Below are positions 27,440-38,700 of a stretch of 58,931 bases of DNA, one piece after another. The notes beneath the pieces were generated by a model. The model worked only from the letters and a program-made list of their open reading frames with translations. It ran no database searches and was not told the origin of the DNA. A program made the position numbers and the translations under genes. The stretch is from a virus. Taxonomy: Duplodnaviria; Caudoviricetes. The DNA is taken from the IMG/VR virus record IMGVR_UViG_3300042466_000346, positions 1-58,931 of that record; one strand, 5' to 3'. How positions within the stretch are numbered: position 1 is the first letter of the stretch; each line of letters opens with the position of its first letter.

Positions 27440-30400
27440 ATGCTTAGACATTCTCTCTATAAGAAATTTGGTAAGAAATTCTATAAGGAAGGAGGCAGCG
27501 ATGAGAATCCTTTTGGGATTCCTTCAATCAAACCGCCTGCACCTTTAGGGAATTACAGTACTAAAGAGCAACCTGAAGGCACCATTACATCTGGTGATGC
27601 TTCATATGCACCGGGAACATTCAATACTGACAAGGCTAGCAGTATGTTTACTCCCGATGCTTCACCATTTTTCAGTAACATTAATCCTGAAAATATCTAC
27701 GATGTAGACCAGAGCACTCCAGAGATGGAGCAAGGTCCCTTGACTAAGTCAGAGACTGAAAAGCGTGGTCTTATGTCGGATTATAAAATCCCCGAACCTT
27801 CTTTCAAGGATAAGTTAAAGAGTAACATAAAAAGCATTGGCAATGACATTAAAGAGAATTGGCAGGACTATGCTACTGTTGGATTAACAGGAGCACTAGG
27901 TGCTGCTAATTATATGGATGCACAGCGTAAAGAAACTGAACTAAATCAATCAATTCAATCTAGACAATCAAAACCTCTCTACGACTATAACTACATGTAT
28001 GGTCGTACTACGAGTGGAGGTACCGAGTACCAACCTATTGTTATGGCACAAAAAGGAGCAAAAATTACAAACCGTTACAATACTCCTGAAGGAGTAAATA
28101 ATAACGTAGAAATTGAAGACGGAGAGTTTTTGATTCTACCTGACGGTACTAGCGAAGTGGCTAAAGGACCTTCGCACTCACAGAGTTACAAAGCAGATGG
28201 CCAGTCTATGAGTGGCATCAATACCATCTTACCGAATAACACAAGAGTATTCTCTAATCATATGAAACCTTCTGACGGGGCTAAACTTAATCCCGAAGAA
28301 CAGTTTGCTAAGATAGGTGCATACTTACAAGCTGGTGGTGACTTTAGTCAACTAGACATGACTACTATGTTCCGTGCTAAAAAAGGTAAAGATAGTAACA
28401 AGACCTTTGCTGAGATTGCTAAGCGTTATGATAATACTGAGTATGACGAAGTTTTGAAGAATCCTTTTGCTAAGGAGGTAGACAAACAGACTGCTCGTAT
28501 TATGAAGGAGCGTAATGATAAAGTACTTGACCAATTGTTCAGAGATCAGCAGTTTCTTAACGGCAACTCTAATGGAGAACAGAAGCAAATGGCTAAAGGC
28601 GGTATTAATAATCCTGGCTTTGAAGCACTCCCTGGTTATGTTCAAGCAAAGATTACTGCTAACATGGCAGAAGGTGGCGATGTTGGTAGTGCACCTGTCA
28701 ATACATTTATGTCTCCAGGTGTAGGTAATGATCCTAAATTTGAACAATACTATAATCAACAACGTCAAAGTTTCACTCAGGCAGGTGTTAAAGAAGCACC
28801 CTCTCGTAATGATATCTACTCTTATTACCAATCTGCTAATCCTCAGTCAGCAGTAGATCAAACAGGACGTATGTTGTTTAGTAACCCTAAAGGAACTATT
28901 TCTTCAGGCACTACCTTTAGTCAAGCTGTAGATCCTAACACAGGTATGGCATTAAACCAAGGTACTAACTTAGAAAAATCTGCTTTTGATCAACAAGCAA
29001 AAAGATTTGCTTATGGTGGTAAACTATACATGCAAGATGGAGCTAAGAAATATAAACTTCCTGAAGGAACTGTTCTTAAGAAAGAAGGCGACAAGACAAT
29101 TAAGCCTGGTGATTATGTTCAACTAGCAGACGGTACAGTAAAGAAGTTGACTAAGATAGATACCAAGCGTGTACGTGAAGCTTCTAAATCTTCTGTAGCT
29201 TCTAACTACGATGAGGGTAAGACCTTTATTAAGTCTTGGGCAAGTCAATCCCCTGAGAACCAACAAAAACTAGAACTAGCTAATGCTGCATTCCAGCGTG
29301 GTATTAACGAAGGAAGTATCAAGGTAATCAAGGAAGGACCTAAGAAAGGTCAGTACGAGATTACAGGTAGCTTTAAACCTGCCAACATGAAAGAACGTTT
29401 GGCTATGTCTGACGTAATCAACAAGTCGGGTAAAGGTTTTGGTACGGATCAGTTTCAGATTGGATTACAGACAGGAACTGAAGGATACTCTCAAAGAGAT
29501 CCTAAGACTGGTACCATTAGAGGTACTGGTTCGTTTGTAGCTGGTTTTAGTCCTGCAGAATACGAACAGCGTTTTACTTACGCAAGAGCCAAGGCAGAAG
29601 GTATGTCAGAGGATGAAGCTATTGAGTTGGCAGAGTCTCAAGACCCTAAGGTTCGTGCAGAAAACCGTAAGACTTTCTTGAAGGATATCGGAATGAATAG
29701 TGAAGGAGTACCTGATGAAGCTTTGCTATCTGATGACTTCTACAAGAATAGGTACTCTGATATAACCAAGAACATTGAAAAGAGTTTTGGAGAAGGCGAC
29801 TTCCGTCCTTCTATGGGTAATGACTTGATGTCTGGTTGGGAGCATTACGATGCTATCAACTATCAAGGTAATCCAATGTACGAGGATGTACCTGAAGAAC
29901 CTGAAAATCCAGGAGGTATTCCTGACCCTAACTTCCCAGAAAGAGGTAAGTATACTAGAATGCCTTATGACACCATGCAGGCTATTCCCGGAGCTTATGG
30001 ATTAGCCCAAGCACAAGATATATTCCCTTATGCAATTCCTGAGGTTCAGTCTCCTTATATAAAGCCACAGACTTTAAACATTCAAAGTGAGTTGCAAGAC
30101 ATCGACAACATGCAGGCTTCTGCTTTACGTGCAGGTGCTGATCCAAACATGACCTATGCAATGTCCTTGGATGCTAAGAACAAAGCATTCCAAACCAAGC
30201 AGAACTATGATGCTGAAGGTCGTTGGAAAGCAGATGCTACTAACTTTGATGCTGAGTTGAAGACTAATGCTATGAACGCTGAACTCTTTAACAAGACCTA
30301 CAATGATATGTATGCTACTGCTAAGTCTAATCAATCTGAAGCTAAGTTAGCAGCAGTTACTGGTTTGGTAGGTAGTCGTGCTCAATACAATGCAGACGAA

Positions 30401-30847
30401 AACATGAAGGAGTTCTACCATAACAACTTCATGCCTTCTTACAATTGGGACCCTAAGACAAAGACTTGGTCTGTTGTTAATCCTGGTGATATAGTAGACT
30501 ACGCAAACAAAAAGCAAAGTACAGGTACTACAGGTACTACTGGAAAAACAACCACTACTGGAACCACAGGGACTACCAGCACTACTGCCAGCACTACTAC
30601 TACCGGTTCAGCGTCTGCTCAACCTACTACAGCTAAAGGCACACCTATGGTTAGAGGTATTGCAGAACCTTCTGCACCCGGTACGTTCCCCTTTATGTCT
30701 ACCCCTTCATTTGACGAGGTTGATGGGATGGCTACTGATCCAACACAGAATTTAGGTACTAAGTTCCAAAAGAAAAACGGAGGTCTTCAACATGCCTACT
30801 TAAAAGCAGGCGGAAAGATTTACCATTTCACATACCCTAAAAGTTAA
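27440..30847 (+). CDS. Virion cargo/ejection protein (crAss cargo protein 1-like)
   Basis: NVEIEDGE...GPSH...RVFSN and KTFAEIAK motifs, Gly/Ala hydrophobic segment, many xxGG motifs, Thr-rich tail. Confidence 0.65.
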   Translation: MLRHSLYKKFGKKFYKEGGSDENPFGIPSIKPPAPLGNYSTKEQPEGTITSGDASYAPGTFNTDKASSMFTPDASPFFSNINPENIYDVDQSTPEMEQGPLTKSETEKRGLMSDYKIPEPSFKDKLKSNIKSIGNDIKENWQDYATVGLTGALGAANYMDAQRKETELNQSIQSRQSKPLYDYNYMYGRTTSGGTEYQPIVMAQKGAKITNRYNTPEGVNNNVEIEDGEFLILPDGTSEVAKGPSHSQSYKADGQSMSGINTILPNNTRVFSNHMKPSDGAKLNPEEQFAKIGAYLQAGGDFSQLDMTTMFRAKKGKDSNKTFAEIAKRYDNTEYDEVLKNPFAKEVDKQTARIMKERNDKVLDQLFRDQQFLNGNSNGEQKQMAKGGINNPGFEALPGYVQAKITANMAEGGDVGSAPVNTFMSPGVGNDPKFEQYYNQQRQSFTQAGVKEAPSRNDIYSYYQSANPQSAVDQTGRMLFSNPKGTISSGTTFSQAVDPNTGMALNQGTNLEKSAFDQQAKRFAYGGKLYMQDGAKKYKLPEGTVLKKEGDKTIKPGDYVQLADGTVKKLTKIDTKRVREASKSSVASNYDEGKTFIKSWASQSPENQQKLELANAAFQRGINEGSIKVIKEGPKKGQYEITGSFKPANMKERLAMSDVINKSGKGFGTDQFQIGLQTGTEGYSQRDPKTGTIRGTGSFVAGFSPAEYEQRFTYARAKAEGMSEDEAIELAESQDPKVRAENRKTFLKDIGMNSEGVPDEALLSDDFYKNRYSDITKNIEKSFGEGDFRPSMGNDLMSGWEHYDAINYQGNPMYEDVPEEPENPGGIPDPNFPERGKYTRMPYDTMQAIPGAYGLAQAQDIFPYAIPEVQSPYIKPQTLNIQSELQDIDNMQASALRAGADPNMTYAMSLDAKNKAFQTKQNYDAEGRWKADATNFDAELKTNAMNAELFNKTYNDMYATAKSNQSEAKLAAVTGLVGSRAQYNADENMKEFYHNNFMPSYNWDPKTKTWSVVNPGDIVDYANKKQSTGTTGTTGKTTTTGTTGTTSTTASTTTTGSASAQPTTAKGTPMVRGIAEPSAPGTFPFMSTPSFDEVDGMATDPTQNLGTKFQKKNGGLQHAYLKAGGKIYHFTYPKS
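30519..30606 (+). repeat. Thr/Gly low-complexity tract
   Basis: TGTTGTTGKTTTTGTTGTTSTTASTTTTG. Confidence 0.7.
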
Positions 30848-30854
30848 CTAACTC

Positions 30855-32750
30855 ATGATTTCGCATAATTCCAAAACCTTCAAGTACCCAGACTATATCT
30901 CTCCTCTACCATCTGATGAGTACATCAAGTATGCAGAGAAGAAACAGTCAATGTATGATGAAGGCTTAGCCCAAGTTAAACAGACTGTAGATAACTATGC
31001 AAGTCTAAGACAGAATATCTTAACTGATGTAGAGAAAGAGTACTACGACAAAGCAATGACCAACCTTGTACAAGGTATCAATAAAAATGCTGGTGTAGAC
31101 TTCTCATTCAAAGGAAACGTAAATGCTGTTCTTGGCATGGGTAAGACACTCGAAAGAGATAGTAATATCCTAACTGCCATAGGTAACGGTAAAGAAGTTC
31201 AGCGTAGACAAGAAGCCTTAGCTAAAGTAGATGGTTCTAAACGATCTGCTGCTAATGATCACCTCTACATGAAGGACGTTCAAGAATACTTGAAGTCAAA
31301 CAAGCTAGGTCAGAAACTTTCATACGGTAAAACCTATGAAGAGTACTATGACATCAGTAAGGATTGGAAAGACTTCTGGGGTACCATCAAAGGTTCTAAC
31401 CAAACAGAAGAGATAAACATGCAGTCTAAGTTTGGACCTGCTTACATGGAAAAGGTAACTAAGGAAGGATTTACAAAGTCAGAGATTGCTCAAAAGTTTG
31501 AAGCTTATCTTGCTAACAATCCTAAAGCACTTCGTCAATTACAGATTGACGTAGGGTATAACCTAGACAATCTTGGTAAGGAGAATGCTTACACAGGTTA
31601 CGTACAGAACATGCGTCAGACAGCTGATGCAGCTTCATCTACAGTTAACAATTTGGATAGAGCTATTGGTGAGTTGGAACAATCGTATACAAAGACCAAG
31701 TCACCTATCATCAAAGAACAAATAGACCAGTACAAGTCTATGCGTGACTATCAGAATCAGGTAAGGGTTATGGCTATTCAGAAATCAGAAACTCCTTTTG
31801 AAGAGTTTGATGTTAATGATTACGCAGGTATCTATAAGTCTGAGTTTATCAGCAACATGTCTAACATGTATGCAGGTCAGAAAGTATCTAGAGACTTAAT
31901 TAAAAATGAGTACTGGGTACAACAGAAAGAGGATAACCGTATCTTGATGCGCCACAATCTTTCTATGCAGAGAGATAAGGCTAAGTTCCAGATGGAAGTA
32001 CAAGACCGTTACATCACTACCAAGAAAGACGTTGAGTTGGATGTTCCTCAGATGACCGCTGTTATTAAGAACGTGCCTCATGCTATTAATCAGCTTGACA
32101 AGGTAATTGGTAAGGCAGTAAATCAAATGGGTATTCCTAGAAACTCAGGAGCTGCTATGAATATTGAGAGAGCACAGAAGGCCCTTAGACAAGCACAAGG
32201 ATTAACTGGTGTTGCTCAGTTGAGTAAAATCAAGGAAGCATTTAATTACCTTGGTCCATCTAAAATAAATGCAAGACTAAAACAAGATATTGCTAGTATC
32301 TTTGGTCTTACTAACGTGAACACTGCGGCTGAGTATGATGACTTTGTAACACAGGTTAGTCAACAATTGAATACAACAGCTTCAATGCTTTCTGCTGAAG
32401 TAGCTAAAGGTAAGAGACCTGGCGTAGAAGGAGACATGGCTCGTTCAAGACAAATCAGTTACAACGATGCATTTGACTACTCTGTTGGTAGCATTGAGAA
32501 TATGAACTTCATTCTTAATGGGGATGCCTTGACAGGAAGACTTGCTATTGCTTCTCCTGAATCTACTGGCTACAGTAGTGAAGAAACTATACAAGTGCCT
32601 AAGTTAGATGCACAAGGAAGACCTGTCATGAGTGAGAAGGGAAAACCTATAATGGTAGACAAGGTAATCAAGACTACCACCAAGGCAAGCAACAAGGTAA
32701 ACAGACCTGAAAAATACAAAGTGAGTGCTAGTACAGAAAGTGAAGATTAA
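30855..32750 (+). CDS. Virion cargo/ejection protein
   Basis: YISPLP...KQSMYD N-terminus; helical; between cargo 1 and the RNAP gene as in crAss phages. Confidence 0.6.
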   Translation: MISHNSKTFKYPDYISPLPSDEYIKYAEKKQSMYDEGLAQVKQTVDNYASLRQNILTDVEKEYYDKAMTNLVQGINKNAGVDFSFKGNVNAVLGMGKTLERDSNILTAIGNGKEVQRRQEALAKVDGSKRSAANDHLYMKDVQEYLKSNKLGQKLSYGKTYEEYYDISKDWKDFWGTIKGSNQTEEINMQSKFGPAYMEKVTKEGFTKSEIAQKFEAYLANNPKALRQLQIDVGYNLDNLGKENAYTGYVQNMRQTADAASSTVNNLDRAIGELEQSYTKTKSPIIKEQIDQYKSMRDYQNQVRVMAIQKSETPFEEFDVNDYAGIYKSEFISNMSNMYAGQKVSRDLIKNEYWVQQKEDNRILMRHNLSMQRDKAKFQMEVQDRYITTKKDVELDVPQMTAVIKNVPHAINQLDKVIGKAVNQMGIPRNSGAAMNIERAQKALRQAQGLTGVAQLSKIKEAFNYLGPSKINARLKQDIASIFGLTNVNTAAEYDDFVTQVSQQLNTTASMLSAEVAKGKRPGVEGDMARSRQISYNDAFDYSVGSIENMNFILNGDALTGRLAIASPESTGYSSEETIQVPKLDAQGRPVMSEKGKPIMVDKVIKTTTKASNKVNRPEKYKVSASTESED

Positions 32751-32761
32751 AGTTAAAAACA

Positions 32762-35700
32762 ATGCCAAACGATCCATATAAAATTATTCCAGGTAAACCA
32801 CTTAACACACCTGAATTTAGAAAGGCCCAAGACATTATTGATACTGCTGATGCAGGTATTCGTGCAACTAAGTTTGTCGATGCCGTAGATCAGATACAAA
32901 AGTTTGAGGCAGATAAAGCTAAGTTAGAGCAGTCAGTTAGTAGTGGTATCACTGATATCTTAGCTACTAAGGCTGCTATTGATGTAGCACCTGCTCCATC
33001 TTTTGGTGATTTAATTACTGCTGGTGCTGAATTGGATAACATGGGTGGCTTAGGAGGTACGCCAGAATCTGTTCTTAAGAAGAAAAAAGATCTAGCTGAC
33101 TTTACTAAGGATCCGGACATTGTTAGAGCTGCAACTATTTACAAGGATAAAATCCAGAATGGTACGCCTAGTGAAATTTACAAAGCAATCAATGATTTGC
33201 GTAGTAGTTACAGTGCGGCTAATTACAATCTCAGTAAGGATGATCGTGCTGGGTTTACTAAGTCTTACCAAGACCTAGTAAACTACGGTAAGAGTGTTGC
33301 TATGTACAAGTATGCCCAAGACAACGTAAACAAGTGGATGTCTGAGGGTAGCGCACTCCCAAAGAATGTAACACCTAAAGGACTTAAGAGTCAGAAGACT
33401 ACTGACAAAGAAATCCTAGACATGGTTGCTGGTTTTGATGGATTGAATATTGGTTCTAAACTTTACAACAATGCTGACTTACAGGTATTCCGTAATACCT
33501 CTGATCAAGAGTTACGTAGTACTACAGGTAGTCGTGCACTTATAGCTGGGTTAGAGACTCAGTACAATCGTGCTGTATCTGATGTACTCCGTGATAAGAG
33601 CGGTGAGTTATCTCAAAAACTTAATGGATTGAACAATGAAATTAAGCGAGCAAGTACAGACGAGCAGAGACAAGCATTAATTAATCAAAGAATACAAGTA
33701 CAACAAGCTGCTGCTAACATAGAAGGTTTAAGTAAAAAGATGAGTCTTTTTGCTAATGAAGACAACTTTCTTAAAGCAAACTACAAAGACCTTTACGAAG
33801 AAAAGCAGAATCTTAAGCGTAGGGAATATTACAAAAACGAAGTAGACCCTAACGAAACTGTAATCTTTGGGGAGAATAGTGACCCAGGCGAGTTCTTCAG
33901 TCGTACCGCTGAGATGGTAGGTGCCAACCTTGCTAGAACTTGGTCTGGTTTACAGTCTCTTACAGGTTTTGAGAAGTCTGCTTTCTTTACAGGATTAGCT
34001 GCTGATAGATTAGCTCCTTTGAGCTATCGTATGGGTAAGGACTTGAATAAAAATTACCAGATTGATGAGAGTGAATTGACTAGGGATATTAACGGTAATA
34101 TTGTTACTCATGATATGCCTGTCTACACTGACGCTAGTGGTGAAAGACAATGGAGCGGTGAGGCTATCTTTGAGCAAGTACTACCTATTGTTACAGACAT
34201 AGCAGTTACTACTTTAGTGAGTAGGGCTACAGGTGGTCTTGCTAGACTCGCACCTATGGGTGCTTTGCGTTGGTCTAACATAGGAAAAACTGTAGGACTA
34301 ACTGCAGAAGGAATGAATGCTGTAAGACCTTACGTGTCTACTTTTGGTTCTGTTACTGCTAGTACATTCCCCAGATTCTATGCGGAAGAAAGACGTAACT
34401 TTAAAGAAGGTGGAGCTGCAGGTACTGCATTCTTAAGGGCTGCTGCAGAAGGTTTGACTGAATCTATTTTACCTGATACAGATTTGTTTTTAGGTTCTAG
34501 AGGAAGTGTCGGATTGCTTGACAATGCTTTCAAGCGTGGTGCCGGTTATGTAGGAGGCAAAGTAGATGACCTTACAGGTGGTTCTTTGGGTAGATTAAAT
34601 ACCAAACTTACTGCTCAGACAGATTTAATGTTAAGCATGCTTCCTAAAGGTATGGTAGATCGTAAGGTAATGGCTGCATTGCTTGCTCCTGGTTTACGTA
34701 AAACTCTATCTGCAGGTACTCAAGAATCTATAGAAGAAGTAGGTTCTTTGGTTGCTAACTACTTTATTGATAAATATGCTGCCACTCAAAACTTTGAGTA
34801 CGAGCAAAACAACGAACTTACATGGGGTTCTGTTTGGGAAACCTTTGTTACCTCCCTAGGTCCCTCTGCTATTATTGGTGCAGGAACAGCGTTTGGTCGT
34901 CGTAGTATGAAGGAAGCTAAAGACTCTGATGGTAACACTATCCGTAACAGTGATGGTACTATTAAGTATGTAACCGATTGGAGTACAAGTGCTTTGGCAC
35001 ACGAACGAGCAAATACCGCACGTTGGAACGTAGCCAATAACCCTGAAATTTATAAGAAGTTAATCTCGCAGAAAAAAGAATCTGGGGAGTATACTGCAGA
35101 AGAAGCAATTAGGCAGACAGCAGTTGTAGAGCGTATGTCTCAGAAGTTAAATGAGATGCTACCTTCTATCAAGAGCATTAAGAACTTGAACACTATGTTG
35201 GATGACCCCAACACTATGGTTGAGTACTTCAATGATAAGATGTTTGCAGAAGAGTTGCTTAATGTAAACATAGACGAACTATCTGATGAGGATAGAAAGG
35301 CTTATGAGGCCTCTGTAAACAATACGGCTAACAAGTTACAAAAGACTGAGCGTATCATTGACCAGTACTCTAACATGACTGAGATTGAGAAACGTGCTGT
35401 TATTAAGAAATTGTATGATGATAAGGTAGCCGAGGCTCAGTCTGATAACAGTACTATAGCAGAATTGCTTACTGCTAGCTTTATGCTAGATCCAACTGAT
35501 TTGGAAAGACGTAAGAAGGATGAGAGATTCCAATTCATTGCTGACTTGAATGACCGTTATCAAGGTGCTTTAGTAAACACTCTAGCTAGACGTGTTGCTA
35601 ACTTCAAAGACACTCTTCTGAATAACCCAGAGAATCTTACAGTACGTGAGCTTCTTACTATGGCAGAAGTTTTTGCTCCTGCTCTTGATAAATTAGAGCA

Positions 35701-38700
35701 AGCAAATATGGAGGTACCATTCTCTCCGCTTGCACAGACACAACAGAATGCAGAGTTAACAAACATTCCAGGACCTCAGCCTTTATTTGCTGCTCCTGAA
35801 CTTGCTCAGTTAATTCGTAATGAGTTGGCTAATAGATCTACACTTACAGAACTCCAAGCTATTGAACAAGGTGCTATGAACCTTAACATTCCAGATGTTA
35901 AGAGAGAGCAAGAGTTCGACATGGCTTTGGCAGAACTTAGTGAGGATGAATTGTCAAAAGGTTTTATTGAAGAAGACGCTCATCCTGAGTGGTCACCTGC
36001 AGTACGTGCAGTAATTACTGGTATGTTGGAAGCCCACATGGCTGAAAAAACCAACACTGGTAATGAGACTAGCCTAGAGAAAAAAAGAAAAGCAACTCTT
36101 ACTAACTTCTATGGAGTAACTTTAAAGGAAACTGATCCGTCTGCTAAGATTGCTCAGATAAACAAAGCAATAAGAGAAAAGGCTGCGTTGACTCCTGCTC
36201 GCCAAGACTTTGGTGGCCGTAGACAACCTGCTCCAGTGCCTCAAAGAGATGATAACTTCCGAGGTTTGGCTGCTGTAAACCCAATAGTATTTGATGAGTT
36301 CACAGGATACCGTAATAGCTTTGAAGCAATTATTAGGAATACTGACCTAGACGAGTCTACTATAAAAGAAGAGACGGCAGCATTCTCAGTGGCAGTTGTA
36401 CAGGTATTGTCTGGCTTAACTACTTTTGAGGATTTGTATAGTGCCTTGTCTGGACTTTACCCTTCTGCAAACTTGGCGTTTAGTAAGTTCTTCCAAGAAG
36501 CAGCTGAAGGTAACTTCGATGTATCTACTATAGATGGTTTAGGTTTATCGCCTTCAATGGTTAGTAGAATTTTCTACTTAGCAAAAGTTGCTACTGTTGC
36601 ATTGACTCCATACCAGAAGGTTGAAAATTACATACAGTCTTTCTACGCAATTGAAAGCATTGAGGAACTAGAAGCATTTGACAATGCTGTACACCCTGAA
36701 GATCCAGACAGACGCTTAATCAACAATAAGATGGTTAGAGCCAAGCGTAAGGAGATTCAGACTCGCTTGTCATTTGACATGAAGAAGAATCAAGGGTTTA
36801 CTTCCACAAAAGTAGGGAATAAGACATACTTGTTTCAGATTATTCCTCAGCCTAACAACAAGAAAGAACTGCGTATTGTAGACCCTAACACAGGTAAGTC
36901 CCTTAAACGTGGTAAGGTAGTAGATACAATCGTTAGTCAGTTGATTACTTCTGGCCAGTTGTTTGATTCGCATGACTTTAGGTATGCCATGACTGAATCT
37001 GAGAGCATCCGGTATGTCACTGAAGATGCTCAAATTGATTTCTTGATTGACCAGTTCTTAGGTCAGATAGGTGGAGTGTATTTGAACAAAGCCTCTTTAG
37101 ATATGCTAGCATCTGCAGATAGACCTACTGCGTTTAACTTCTCTCCTTACACATCTAATAAGAGAAAAGATGGTGGTATGTCGGTTATGTCTTTGGAAGA
37201 TTTAGCTAGCAATGCAGAACTTTTGGATTCAGCAGGATTGACTATTGATGACATTGTTGATTTCTTGCAACGTCATAAAACTCAGAAATATGTATCAAGA
37301 GTAGGAAAAGCTGTTGCTGATAGAATAATTAAGAATGAAGTTATTGATGGCTTCGGTGTATCTATTAGTGATGATGTGGTACGTCAGTTAGTTTCTGCAT
37401 ACACATCTCGCTTTACAGTAGACCCTGTATCTAATGCAACTATTGACTTGAACAACTTACCTTTTGAGTTACGCAATGATCTAGTAGAAGTGATGCGTGA
37501 GCGTAACAGAGGTACTATGTTTGAAGAACTTATTCCTTCTACTGACTCAGCGCTTAACTTCTATGACCCAATCATGCTTGGAATGATTGGAGATGTACTT
37601 GATACTCCAGCATTTAGAAATACTTTAGACCCACAATACTTACAATATTTAGATGAATTTTATGAAGACGCAACCAACACAATCTACCCCCTCAACACCT
37701 ACGAAGACATTAGCGGACTTTTTTCGGAGGAAACTACTGATGTCAGCACAGACCAAGAAATAGAGAATCCCTACGATGAGGTTATAGATGCTGCTCAAAA
37801 AACCTTCCAGGTACAAGTAGACAATGACTATCAGATTAGTTTATCAATAATTGATACTGATATATTTGACGAGTCTTTACTAGGTGACCCTGCAGTAAGT
37901 TTTGCTTACCGAGTTCTTCACCAATACCGTGAGACTGGTATGGTCGGACAAGACTACAATGTGTTGGTAGGTTCTATGATGGACATCTACAAACTAGTCT
38001 TAAATGCCGAAGATTATCAGTACCTAGTTAATGTTAAGAACAGTCCTAAAGGTACTCCTGTAGACGGTGCTAGAATCAGACAGATTCTTAGTACTGAAGG
38101 ACTCCCTATGCATAACAAAGGATTCTTTAACTACATTATCACAAATCCTTCAACAATTGGTAGCGGCCTAGGTTCTGTATTTGTAGACAGCGATAAACAG
38201 ATTCTTAAGTTTAACCAAGCAGGTGTAGTATCTAGTGAAGGTTCTCCTTTGATTAGTACTTTGAAGAAGAAGACTCCTGCAGAATTAGCTCTTAGAGAAA
38301 AGATTACTAGTTCTCCTGGACAGATACTATTTACTAAAGTAGTAGGGCTTAGGTCAGGTAAAGAAGCAGTAGTAGATGCAAGTAAAACTGTAGGTACTAT
38401 TGTTTTGAACACAGATGAAAGTAATCGTGTTATTACTAGTGCTTTCGGTGAGTACACTTTGTTCAAAGGAGGCGTATACATTCAAAACAATGACTCTGTC
38501 TATCCATTCCAAGCGGTGATTTTGCCTAGTGCTCCTGATGGATTTGTATCTGCCTTAGTAGATGCATTTAACAACGGAACATTACCTGCTGGTTTGCCTA
38601 CTGAATTATCTGAAAACCCTAAAGCATTTGTAGAGTATGTTAACGCTTTACTTTATCTGTCTCCTAAGAATAACGGAGGTTTGATTCTAGGTACTAACTC

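Noticed and set aside
26436-27440. Group I intron around the GIY-YIG gene
   Set aside because: Flanking genes are complete and there is no non-coding space for an intron core.
37662-37763. 33-aa alternative-frame ORF (MKTQPTQSTPS...) with an AT-rich leader inside the RNAP gene
   Set aside because: No promoter consensus or homology evidence; ORFs this short arise by chance.
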